Notes: generated by a model from the sequence alone, not told the origin. A DNA stretch of 64,000 nucleotides from an uncultured Pseudomonadota bacterium (GCA_902785275.1 CACZYB010000002.1:64001-128000), one strand, 5' to 3'; positions 18,058 to 27,295 are shown, counted from the first letter of the stretch. Program-made: numbers and translations.

Positions 18058-20663
18058 AAAAATTATTTTTAACATTACTATTTAATATATGTTTTTCTAT
18101 TTCTGGCTTTGCTCAAACTATTGCAAATGCTAACTATGATAACAATATGGTTGGTGGTGTAAGAAATATAAGTAAATGTTGGGAATGTAAACTTGTAGAA
18201 GGTGTTTACACTTATTCATTCAATTTTGTGTTTAAGATGTATAAGGTTATTGCCCCTGTTATTGCATCGTTGGTATTGGTATTTTTGGCATTTTGGTTTT
18301 TATGGTATGTTTGGGAAAATGTAATCAAAGCCCATATGAATTTTAAGGGTGGAAACGTTTTTGATTTTTTAAAAGAAATTTGGAAAAAATTATTTACTGT
18401 ACTTTTTGTTTTATCGTTGCTTTGGCATGTTCCTGCAAACAGAATTTTCAGTTATACAATCGATCCAATCATGAGCTTTGGTGCAGGATTTGGAAAATGG
18501 ATTTTGATTGAAACAAGAAATGAAAACGAAATTATGCAAGATTATTCAAAAGCAGTTTTGAATAAGAAACTTCCAAAATTTGATTGTTCAAATATAACTC
18601 TTTCAAAAAATACGCTTGATATGTTCAGGGTTAATGGTGTTGATGGCGAAAGTGAAATGAATGTTGATACACTTAAAAATCTTATCTGTATAACTGGCGA
18701 ATATTCAAACAGCTATACCATAGGACTAAATCTTGGTGCAAAAATTTTATCGCGTGGTTTAATTGGTTTTGCCGAAAATCTTGGTGCCGAAAGTATCAGA
18801 AAAAAAATTGATTCGTTTTCATCATTTATTCCACAGGTCGGATGGGGAAAGATTGCATATTTTGCATTAAAAATTATTTTAATCCTTGCAAAAATTTGGC
18901 TTGTTGCAGGGCTATTTACAAATATGCTTATCGTTGTTATTGGTGGATTTATAATGATACAGTTCTTATATGTCGGGCTTACATTTATAACAATGATTTT
19001 GGATATAGTTATACAGCTTGCCTTGGTCGGTGTTATGATGCCAATAGTTATTGGTTCGTGGGCCTATCCAGATAAAGGTATGGGTAATCTTCGCGGTAAA
19101 TTATCGGGAAAGCTTTTCTGGGGTGTACTTCGTTGTTCCTTCCGTCTTGGATTTTTGGCTGTTTCTATGAGTATTACTATATTCCTTTTAAACGAGCTTA
19201 TGACAACAAAATTTACGGTTGGTTCCGATGATACAATGCTTTCTTTGTACGAAGTTTTAAATGGGAATAAAGGCCTTTTGACCCAAGGTTTTATTTTAAA
19301 TAATTCAACATACGATTTTGTAAAGTTACTTATTTCCAATGTTGGCCTTTTGATTGCAATGATATTTACAACCCTTGTATCATGGATGCTTCTTCGTGAA
19401 AGTATTAAAAAGGCAGATAGTTTTTCCGGTGCCCTTTACAGTGGTGTATCAAATGATAATATTTTGAACGGATTGAAAAAATTAACAACTTCATCTATTG
19501 AATATGTTATGAGTGGTGCAAAACGTGAAGTCGATTTTTATAAAAAGAATAAATTGGCAAAAAAGATTTTGGATGAAGATAAACAAGAGGCAAAGGATGT
19601 TGCTCGTAAATCACAAATCGAAAAATGGGAAAATGAAGTTTTCAACGAAGGAAACACCGAACATCTTTTCGATATCCCAGCAGAAAAAGTTGTTGATGAA
19701 TATGATAAAATAAGAAATATCGAACAACCACCAAAAGATGATAGTCTTGTTCCAACCGTACCAACAAAGGACGAAACCGAAACTTCGGTTAAATTTGAAA
19801 ATGCTCCAATGGAACTTAATATTAAGGAAAATATTGAAGAGGTTAAAAAAGAACAATCCAAGGAAAGTGAATTTATTTCGACCGAACTTGCATCTCCGGA
19901 ATTCAAAGATTTGCCAGAGGATAAAAAAGAAAAGCTTACAACTTCTATTCTTTCTGAAGATAAGGAAAGTCTGATTGATATATCAAAGGATACAGAAATA
20001 GCCAAAATGTTTGAAATACGTAATGCAACACCGAAGGAAGATGATGAAATAGTAAATGATAAATTCGTAACTGATAACCTTATTGCGACAGAGGTTGTTT
20101 CCGCGGATGATTTATCAAATCCTGTGATAAAACTTCAATCAACATATATAAGACAGCAAATTATTGAAGAAATAAAAAACTTGCCTCAAAACGAACAAAA
20201 AGAAATTAAAAAGTTTATGAAGTTAACCAAAAAACCAAACCTTTCTAAAAAGGAAAAAAGGGAAGAATTCGAAAAACAAAAACGTATCTATGAAAAGTTA
20301 GAATCAAAGGTTAAGGCCGATATGCGTGCAAAACAACAAAAAATTAAGGATCTTATGCTTGAACGTGAAAAGCTTAAATCTACTAATAAAAAGAAGTCGG
20401 TTCTTACCGCTAAAAATGTAATTCAAACAATTAAAAATGATGAGTTGAATAATCTAAAGGCAGAACTTGAAGAACTTAATTTTTCTGATATCGCACAACG
20501 TTCACTTCTTCGCCGTGAAATGAAAAAGCTTGAGGAGGAAATAACTGCTATATCCGAAAAAGATAATCTTGAGCTAGAAGACGAATATGATGCAATTGTT
20601 GCTAATTGGAAACGTAAAAAACGAAGAAGAAAAGCTCGTATCAATCCATTGAAAAAGATATAA
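18054..20663 (+). CDS. TrbL/VirB6-like protein, paralogue 5, with long charged C-terminal tail
   Basis: ATGA overlap; signal peptide; CWEC; LICIT; MMPIVIGSWAYPD; roughly 370 aa E/K-rich tail. Confidence 0.6.
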   Translation: MKKLFLTLLFNICFSISGFAQTIANANYDNNMVGGVRNISKCWECKLVEGVYTYSFNFVFKMYKVIAPVIASLVLVFLAFWFLWYVWENVIKAHMNFKGGNVFDFLKEIWKKLFTVLFVLSLLWHVPANRIFSYTIDPIMSFGAGFGKWILIETRNENEIMQDYSKAVLNKKLPKFDCSNITLSKNTLDMFRVNGVDGESEMNVDTLKNLICITGEYSNSYTIGLNLGAKILSRGLIGFAENLGAESIRKKIDSFSSFIPQVGWGKIAYFALKIILILAKIWLVAGLFTNMLIVVIGGFIMIQFLYVGLTFITMILDIVIQLALVGVMMPIVIGSWAYPDKGMGNLRGKLSGKLFWGVLRCSFRLGFLAVSMSITIFLLNELMTTKFTVGSDDTMLSLYEVLNGNKGLLTQGFILNNSTYDFVKLLISNVGLLIAMIFTTLVSWMLLRESIKKADSFSGALYSGVSNDNILNGLKKLTTSSIEYVMSGAKREVDFYKKNKLAKKILDEDKQEAKDVARKSQIEKWENEVFNEGNTEHLFDIPAEKVVDEYDKIRNIEQPPKDDSLVPTVPTKDETETSVKFENAPMELNIKENIEEVKKEQSKESEFISTELASPEFKDLPEDKKEKLTTSILSEDKESLIDISKDTEIAKMFEIRNATPKEDDEIVNDKFVTDNLIATEVVSADDLSNPVIKLQSTYIRQQIIEEIKNLPQNEQKEIKKFMKLTKKPNLSKKEKREEFEKQKRIYEKLESKVKADMRAKQQKIKDLMLEREKLKSTNKKKSVLTAKNVIQTIKNDELNNLKAELEELNFSDIAQRSLLRREMKKLEEEITAISEKDNLELEDEYDAIVANWKRKKRRRKARINPLKKI

Positions 20664-20695
20664 AAAATCCCCCGAAATTGGGGGATTAAATTTTT
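20662..20695. terminator. Intrinsic terminator between convergent genes
   Basis: AATCCCCCG-aaat-TGGGGGATT with an A tract on the left (U tail on the - strand). Confidence 0.75.
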
Positions 20696-20709
20696 AATTT
20701 GTTACACTC

Positions 20710-21726
20710 TTATGCAACAGATCTTATTTCTTTACCTTCAATAAAATCTATCATATGTTGCATACTTGTATTTAAGATTCTATAGTTTGCATCAATAGAA
20801 TTAAATGCAATGTGAGGTGTTACAATCACATTCTTAAGTTGTAATAACTTTTGGTTGATAAGAGAGTACAAAATATATTCCTTGCTTTGTTCAGGAGCAG
20901 ATTCAACTGTATTCTTAAGGATAATATCTTCATATTCCAACACATCCAATCCAGCACCTCTAACTTTCTTTGAAACCAAAGCATTGTAAAGAGCAACAGT
21001 ATCAACCAAATCACCACGAGCGGTATTGATAAGGTAAACACCATCTTTCATCTTTGCAATAGTATCTTTGTTTATCATATGATAGTTTTCCTTTGTAGCA
21101 GGGCAGTGAATACTGATGATATCAGCTTCTTTGTAAATTGTTTCAACATCAGTATATGTGCAAGTACCTTCATCAGCCAAAGCTTGGTTTGGATATAAAT
21201 CATATGCCAAAACATTACAACCGAATGCATGAACAAGTCTTGCGAAATGACGACCAATAGCACCAGTACCAATCACACCAACTGTTTTACCATGTAAATC
21301 GATACCAATATCCTGGTCAACATTAACGATACCATTGTTAAGTTTTTGATGTGAGAATTCTATGTTTCTTGTAAGGTTCAAAAGAAGCCCCACAGCAAAT
21401 TCAGCCACAGTAATTTCACCATAACCAACAACGTTTGCAACCTTAATATTGTGTTCACGACAATAGTCCAAATCAACATTGTTGTATCCTGTTGAACGAG
21501 TTGAAATCATCTTTAAATTTTTAAATTTAGAAAGAAGTTCACCTGTCAATCTTGAATAAACGAATGTTGAAATGATATCTGTTGATTCATAATAATCACA
21601 AAGTTCGCTTTCACACATATCGTTAAGACTCTTTTCACAAATAACATATTTTACGCCATTTGGAGCAGGGTGTTCATTTAAGTATTTTTTTGTTAAATCA
21701 TCAACATCACAAAAAAGTATTTGCAT
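20710..21726 (-). CDS. ldhA: D-isomer-specific 2-hydroxyacid dehydrogenase (D-lactate dehydrogenase-like)
   Basis: TRSTGYNNVD, VAEFA, GVIGTGAIG, INTARG, LDVLEYE, TPHIAF. Confidence 0.85.
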   Translation of the reverse strand: MQILFCDVDDLTKKYLNEHPAPNGVKYVICEKSLNDMCESELCDYYESTDIISTFVYSRLTGELLSKFKNLKMISTRSTGYNNVDLDYCREHNIKVANVVGYGEITVAEFAVGLLLNLTRNIEFSHQKLNNGIVNVDQDIGIDLHGKTVGVIGTGAIGRHFARLVHAFGCNVLAYDLYPNQALADEGTCTYTDVETIYKEADIISIHCPATKENYHMINKDTIAKMKDGVYLINTARGDLVDTVALYNALVSKKVRGAGLDVLEYEDIILKNTVESAPEQSKEYILYSLINQKLLQLKNVIVTPHIAFNSIDANYRILNTSMQHMIDFIEGKEIRSVA

Positions 21727-21814
21727 AATACTATCTCCTTTATTTTTTTATCTTGTGTTTTTTCGGGGAATATTATATTCTCTTTTTAAAAATTAAACAA
21801 CAGGAAAATTCATC

Positions 21815-22522
21815 ATGAGAAAAATATTTTTTATGTCATTTACAATTTTTTTATTTATTTTTGGATTTTTGTTTAACCAGCTTCCAATCCACGCAAATAA
21901 TTCTGTGGAAACAGAAGTTGATTTTTTTGAGGAGCATTTCCCTCTTAAAAAAGTGACAGGAGAATATTTTATAAATGACTTGTCCTATGCAAAGGATGAA
22001 AATTTCCTTCATCACAAATTCTATCATAAATTTGGTATGAACGATTGTTATGTTCATAAAGATATTTACCCAAATATGTTAAAGTTAGAGGAGCTTTTAA
22101 AGGCAAACCATGTAAAAGCAATGATGTTTGATTGTTTCCGCCCACACGAAGCTCAAATCTATATGTGGAACAGAAATCCAAACCCATACTTTCTTGCAAA
22201 TCCAAATAAAAAAGGTTCTATCCATTCAAAGGGATTGGCTTTGGATATTGGACTTGCTGATATGAACGGTAAAAAGCTTGAGTTTGCAACAGGTATGGAT
22301 CATTTTGTTGCGGAATCTGCTCATGCATATAAATGTAAGCCAGAGGAACAATATAAATGTGATAACCGAGCACTCCTAAAATCAATTATGGAACAGGCTG
22401 GTTTCCGAAGCATTAAAAACGAATGGTGGCATTATCAAAAACCAGGTAAACTTACAGAATATCCACTTATTCGTATCTGTGATGTAAAGGGTAGTGCTTG
22501 CTATGGCAAGGATGTAAATTAA
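21815..22522 (+). CDS. D-Ala-D-Ala dipeptidase (peptidase M15D, VanX/DdpX family) with N-terminal signal/TM
   Basis: FDCFRP, SIHSKGLALD (SxHxxGxAxD), EWWHY. Confidence 0.9.
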   Translation: MRKIFFMSFTIFLFIFGFLFNQLPIHANNSVETEVDFFEEHFPLKKVTGEYFINDLSYAKDENFLHHKFYHKFGMNDCYVHKDIYPNMLKLEELLKANHVKAMMFDCFRPHEAQIYMWNRNPNPYFLANPNKKGSIHSKGLALDIGLADMNGKKLEFATGMDHFVAESAHAYKCKPEEQYKCDNRALLKSIMEQAGFRSIKNEWWHYQKPGKLTEYPLIRICDVKGSACYGKDVN

Positions 22523-22543
22523 ATCTTTATTTATATACTTTAG

Positions 22544-22573
22544 ATAGGGGCTTTTGTGGCCCTTATTTTTTTT
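22544..22573 (+). terminator. Intrinsic terminator
   Basis: ATAGGGGCT-tttgt-GGCCCTTAT followed by a T run. Confidence 0.7.
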
Positions 22574-22769
22574 ATATAATTCTTTCCGTTTGATAAAAGT
22601 ATAGTTTTTAGTAAAGCTTCATTTGTTAGTGCAGAGTTAAGGGGAGGGAAAGTAAATTACCCTTAGTGTTATATCAATAGCATAAATGAAAAGTTTTCAT
22701 TATCACTACAATAATAAGAAAGAATTATTTGTGTTATAATACTTTAATTATGTGAAAGAATTTAGATAT

Positions 22770-22795
22770 AAAAAAAGAGGGGCTAACCCCTCTTT
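22770..22795 (-). terminator. Intrinsic terminator
   Basis: AAAGAGGGG-ctaa-CCCCTCTTT with an upstream A run (U tail on the - strand). Confidence 0.8.
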
Positions 22796-22796
22796 C

Positions 22797-25082
22797 TTAT
22801 TTTGCTTCATTTGAGCTTGTATCTTGAACTTCAAGTTTTACGTAAGCAGGAAATGGATTCATTCCGTTACCACCAGGAGCTCCATCTGAACCACGAGAAC
22901 TACGGCTAGCATTACCACCATTTCCACCACCAGGAGCAGTCAAATCAACTGTACCTTCAATCTTAAATGTTGATGGGTTACCAACAGTGTAAGTATATGA
23001 CTTTGAAGTGGATAAGCTAAATACTTTTTGCTGCAAATCACCGTTACCACCGTAACCACCTCTATGATCTGATGCAAAGATATTTGCTCCATGGCTATAG
23101 CTACTACCGTTAGATCCCTTTGCACCAGCTACTGTAACTCTATAGAAACCAGAAGGAAGTGAGCCACCGCTTGTACCAAGTTCATATGGTTTCCATGTAA
23201 TAGCAGCAACACGAGCTTCTGTTATAGTACTTGCATCAAGTCCAATTTCATCGATACAAAGTATTTCATTGTCACAACCTGCGGTATAGCTCGAAACCTT
23301 ACCTTCTTTACTGATACATACTTTCAAATCAGCAAGATTTTTAGTATAGTTACCATCAAGAGTCAAAGCATCTGCATCACTGTTACATTGTTTCTTCAAC
23401 TTTGTTTCTGATTCTTTTATAAGTTCTTTTAAGTTTTCTTTTCTTATCTTTTCAGCTTCTGTTTGAGCTTTAAGAACTTCAGATTCAGCTTTTGATACTT
23501 CAACTCTGGATTTTGCATCCAAAATCTTTGCTTCTGCTTCGAATTTACGTGCATCAGATTCAGCTTGCATATCAATCTTTTTAGCTTCAGCAACAGCAAT
23601 CTTTACATTTGCCTTATTATCAGCATCAGCCTTATACAAATTACCGAATGCGTTTGAAATTGTTGATTGTTTTTTAGCTTCTTTCTTTATAAGTTGAGCA
23701 ACATTTTCATTCAAATAGTTTGTTAATTGATCCTGGAACTTTGCATATGCTTGTTCACGGGAAGAAATCAAAGCTTGTTCGAAAGAGTTACATGATGCCT
23801 TTGCAGACAAGAAACCTGTATCAACTTCTTCAAGTTCTGTTATGTCTGTCTTATCAGTCTTGTTTACACAAGCATTTTCTGTTGATGAATATTTATATCC
23901 AGATGGGCAACCTTCCCATACACCTGTTTGATAATATGAAATGTATTCATCTGCAAGAGATTGACAAGAAGAACCGTTTAATATCCTTATTTGTTTCTTC
24001 ATTTCTTCCAAATCATCTTCGGAAAGGCTACTGTTTGTAGTTGTTGGCAACTGGCTGTTACCCATACAAATTTCGTGTGCTTTTTGGAAAATACCCTTTG
24101 GATTCAAGGAACCTGCACCTTGTGGAGGAACAACGTTTACAGAGAAAAGTTGTTGTTCAGAAGTATTTTCTGATGTATCCATACCCAAATCTTTTAACAT
24201 ATCATTAACATCAGATGATGAAATTTGATATGTTGAAAGGTCGATATTTGTTGCACCAGCAGCTTCCATTGCTGTCTTAAACTTTGTTTCATAAAGCTTT
24301 GTACTTGTGAAATTAAGGATTGTAAGCTCATCTGCCTCTAACTTATCAAGTACAGCTTTATAGAACATATATGATTTCTTTGTTGCATTTGCATTGTTTG
24401 ATGTATCCCATGTACATATATTCAATGGTTGGCCAGATTCTCCAGTTTTTGTTTCTGGTTTACAATAGAAGTTATATGCATAATAAAGAGCATTAACATC
24501 TTGACCAGAAGCAGAAGAATTTGAACTTGCCAAACGAGCAGGTGTCTTCATAGAGCTTGAAATTGTTGAACCATCACCCTTTGAATAATAGATACAACGG
24601 AATGCATCACCAGTTTCTTGCATTGCTTCCACAGCAGGATTTTCACCCAAATAAGAGTACTTGGAAAGGAAACCTTTTATTTGAATATCCATACATTCGG
24701 AATATGCAGAACGGCAAGCGACACCCTTTACTGATGCAGTAGATGTTGTTTTTGTATCTGTTGAAGTAGTTCCTGTTGAAGTTGTTGCCACAGTCGCTGT
24801 AGTTGCAGCTATAGCTGAAGCACGACGTGCAGATGAAGCTCTTACAGACTTTCTTCCACCGCCACTTGCTTGACGAACGGATTTCCTTCCGCCCTTGTTA
24901 CTTGCCTGACGAAGTCCTTTACCAGATTTTTTTCCAGCTTTTGTATTTCCGGCACGTTTTGAACCACCCTTTGATGATTTTTTTACCTTTCCCGCCCATG
25001 AAATAGACGCATCAGCAAATAAAAGTGAGAATGTTAAGAATAACACTAAACTTTTTTTAAAAATTTTCATAATTGTAACCAT
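22797..25082 (-). CDS. Large exported protein: basic low-complexity N-terminus, Cys-containing core, coiled coil, Gly-rich C-terminal domain
   Basis: GGAAAGG RBS 8 nt before ATG 25082; signal peptide ending ISWA; RQASxxGGRKSV repeats; GAKGSNG...GGYGGNG...GGGNGGN. Confidence 0.8.
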   Translation of the reverse strand: MVTIMKIFKKSLVLFLTFSLLFADASISWAGKVKKSSKGGSKRAGNTKAGKKSGKGLRQASNKGGRKSVRQASGGGRKSVRASSARRASAIAATTATVATTSTGTTSTDTKTTSTASVKGVACRSAYSECMDIQIKGFLSKYSYLGENPAVEAMQETGDAFRCIYYSKGDGSTISSSMKTPARLASSNSSASGQDVNALYYAYNFYCKPETKTGESGQPLNICTWDTSNNANATKKSYMFYKAVLDKLEADELTILNFTSTKLYETKFKTAMEAAGATNIDLSTYQISSSDVNDMLKDLGMDTSENTSEQQLFSVNVVPPQGAGSLNPKGIFQKAHEICMGNSQLPTTTNSSLSEDDLEEMKKQIRILNGSSCQSLADEYISYYQTGVWEGCPSGYKYSSTENACVNKTDKTDITELEEVDTGFLSAKASCNSFEQALISSREQAYAKFQDQLTNYLNENVAQLIKKEAKKQSTISNAFGNLYKADADNKANVKIAVAEAKKIDMQAESDARKFEAEAKILDAKSRVEVSKAESEVLKAQTEAEKIRKENLKELIKESETKLKKQCNSDADALTLDGNYTKNLADLKVCISKEGKVSSYTAGCDNEILCIDEIGLDASTITEARVAAITWKPYELGTSGGSLPSGFYRVTVAGAKGSNGSSYSHGANIFASDHRGGYGGNGDLQQKVFSLSTSKSYTYTVGNPSTFKIEGTVDLTAPGGGNGGNASRSSRGSDGAPGGNGMNPFPAYVKLEVQDTSSNEAK

Positions 25083-25231
25083 TTGTATATCCTTTCCAGC
25101 TAAATGCAACCTTTATTTTACCACTAAACTCACTGAATTTCAAGTGTTTTTCAAATATTTTTCTTAAAAAATTTATTGATTTTTACATTACTATGTTATA
25201 AAAAAGTGTTATCAGAGAAAAAGGGGAAAAA

Positions 25232-27238
25232 ATGAATATATTTGTTATACTTATCATGGGCATTATGCTTGCCACTTATCAATACTTTATTGCAAAACGT
25301 TCATCTGATGTTGTTTTGAATAAGGATGAGTTGAAACTTCAGGCTGAACTTACCTGTATGAAGCAATATCATGATTTTGCTACTGTGAAAAATGAATACC
25401 TTTACGAGGTAGGAAACGAAATCTTTTCTTTAAAGGGTACAGGCCAAGATCAGGCAAATTATTCATGTAATGGTTCTGATGATCCTACATTTAAGGTTTC
25501 AAAATACTGTCTTTCTTCTACTGGACAGGAACGTGTAGATTGTAACTTTGACGGAATTTCTTGTGCTGATACTTCATCAACTGCACCGGGATATCACTGT
25601 GTTTCAACTACAAAATGGAAAACATTTTCCAAAAGTGATAAATATCTTATGTCTCAAATTTTGAAAAATGGTGTGAATATTTCATCAAAGGAACTTAGTG
25701 CAAATCTTCAATTAATAAAGGATAGAGCTGGTGTTTTTGCTGATCGTCCAACCGTAAAGGAAGGTGAAGTTTTAACAGCTATCGGTTTGGTTTCCTGTGT
25801 TAATGCATGTAAAGTAAGTCTTCAAACAAAGTTAAAGGATGGCGGATGTCCAGAAGGAACCGTTATCGTTGCAAAGGAAGATGGATCACTTGAATGTGCA
25901 AAACCAACTGATGCTTCTCCTTGTACTGCATACGAAGCTGAGTATACAGATAAAACAAAAGCTGAAACTGGTTGGTGTACAGACGAGAAAAAAGGTGGTA
26001 CTGGAAAAATGCAAAATGGAAAGTATTGTTGTGCGATACGTTTCTATGCTGGTAATGATGAGTATTGTAAAAAGCATACTAATGCAGCAAATTGTTGTCC
26101 TCCTGGACTTTCTCCTCAATGGGATGGTGAAAACAGACAATATAACTGTATTGATACAAATGTTGTTTGCCAGGGAAATGTAGCAATGAAGATTATCGAT
26201 GAAAAGGGAAAATCTGTTTCTGCTCTTGGTTCTGTTGCTGCTGTGCCAAATGCTGCAACAACACAGTATACATTTAATTCTACAACAAAAACAGATAAGT
26301 ACTATTGCCACTTAAAACCAGCAGAATTTACAAAAATCTGTAAATCTTTTGAAAATGAAGAATATTCATTTATTAAGGTTTCTGGTGTTACAAACAGTAC
26401 AAATATCGAAAGCTCTAATTTTGGTGGTGTACAGGCAGGTACTTCCTCTGAAACACCGGTATGTCACCTTGCTGCAAGGGCTAATGCAAAGGCTGCCGAA
26501 AACTGTACTCCATGTCAAGGTGTTATCTTTAATAAGGAAAATAACAAATGGCAATGTCACGATTTTACATGGCAGGATTTAACAAATCCTAGCAGTCAAT
26601 ATTATAACTATGCAAGATCTGTTGTATTTGGAAAGGATGCTAAAGGTCGTAACAACTGTTTATCTACTTGCGTATCTCAACAGGTAGAAGCTATTAAAAA
26701 AGGTGAAAGAAATAGATTGTATTGGGGTGTAAGATTCGATCCAAAAAGCCATATGTGGAACTGCTTTAACTGTAATCCATACGATACACATAACTATGTT
26801 TGGGAGTGTGAAGAAAAATATAAAGATGGAGATAAAGAACTAACAAGAAGGGCTGGTGCTCCAAAAAATGTTAGCAGCATTGATAAATATGCTGAGAATA
26901 GTGCATCATTTAAATATAAATCAGTTGGTTCTCTTGAAAATTTAAATAAAGAATTCGATGCCGTATGTGTAAAGTATTCAGACCGTGATACTAATGATCA
27001 GGGGAAATGTGTTCCATATAATTGTTCATCAGATTTCCAGGTTCAAATTAATGGAAAATGTTATACAAAGTGGTGTAGCCGTAAAAGCGCCGGTTTCCCT
27101 TCTGATGCGGAAATAAACGGACCAGAGGATAGTGTTTGTCCTGATAAAACTCCATGGATGATGTATAACACAGTTAAAACTTGTGTTTATTGCATACGTC
27201 AACCAGCTAATAGAATAGGAGTAGAGGAAAAACCATAA
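25232..27238 (+). CDS. Cysteine-rich membrane-anchored or exported protein
   Basis: N-terminal hydrophobic segment; about 38 Cys in 668 aa by manual count. Confidence 0.8.
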   Translation: MNIFVILIMGIMLATYQYFIAKRSSDVVLNKDELKLQAELTCMKQYHDFATVKNEYLYEVGNEIFSLKGTGQDQANYSCNGSDDPTFKVSKYCLSSTGQERVDCNFDGISCADTSSTAPGYHCVSTTKWKTFSKSDKYLMSQILKNGVNISSKELSANLQLIKDRAGVFADRPTVKEGEVLTAIGLVSCVNACKVSLQTKLKDGGCPEGTVIVAKEDGSLECAKPTDASPCTAYEAEYTDKTKAETGWCTDEKKGGTGKMQNGKYCCAIRFYAGNDEYCKKHTNAANCCPPGLSPQWDGENRQYNCIDTNVVCQGNVAMKIIDEKGKSVSALGSVAAVPNAATTQYTFNSTTKTDKYYCHLKPAEFTKICKSFENEEYSFIKVSGVTNSTNIESSNFGGVQAGTSSETPVCHLAARANAKAAENCTPCQGVIFNKENNKWQCHDFTWQDLTNPSSQYYNYARSVVFGKDAKGRNNCLSTCVSQQVEAIKKGERNRLYWGVRFDPKSHMWNCFNCNPYDTHNYVWECEEKYKDGDKELTRRAGAPKNVSSIDKYAENSASFKYKSVGSLENLNKEFDAVCVKYSDRDTNDQGKCVPYNCSSDFQVQINGKCYTKWCSRKSAGFPSDAEINGPEDSVCPDKTPWMMYNTVKTCVYCIRQPANRIGVEEKP

Positions 27239-27262
27239 TAATTGTATATTATTGATTTCTTT

Positions 27263-27295
27263 ATGTGGTATACCAAACAGTATGCCACATTTTTT
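27263..27295 (+). terminator. Intrinsic terminator
   Basis: ATGTGGTATAC-caaaca-GTATGCCACAT followed by a T run. Confidence 0.7.

Noticed and set aside
10518-20663. Integrative conjugative element or plasmid transfer region
   Set aside because: No integrase, relaxase, VirB4/VirD4 ATPase, att repeats or tRNA boundary is visible, and base composition looks like the flanks
20710-22522. Bona fide vanHAX glycopeptide-resistance cluster
   Set aside because: No ligase or vanRS; divergent orientation; the organism is diderm (FadL, AsmA)
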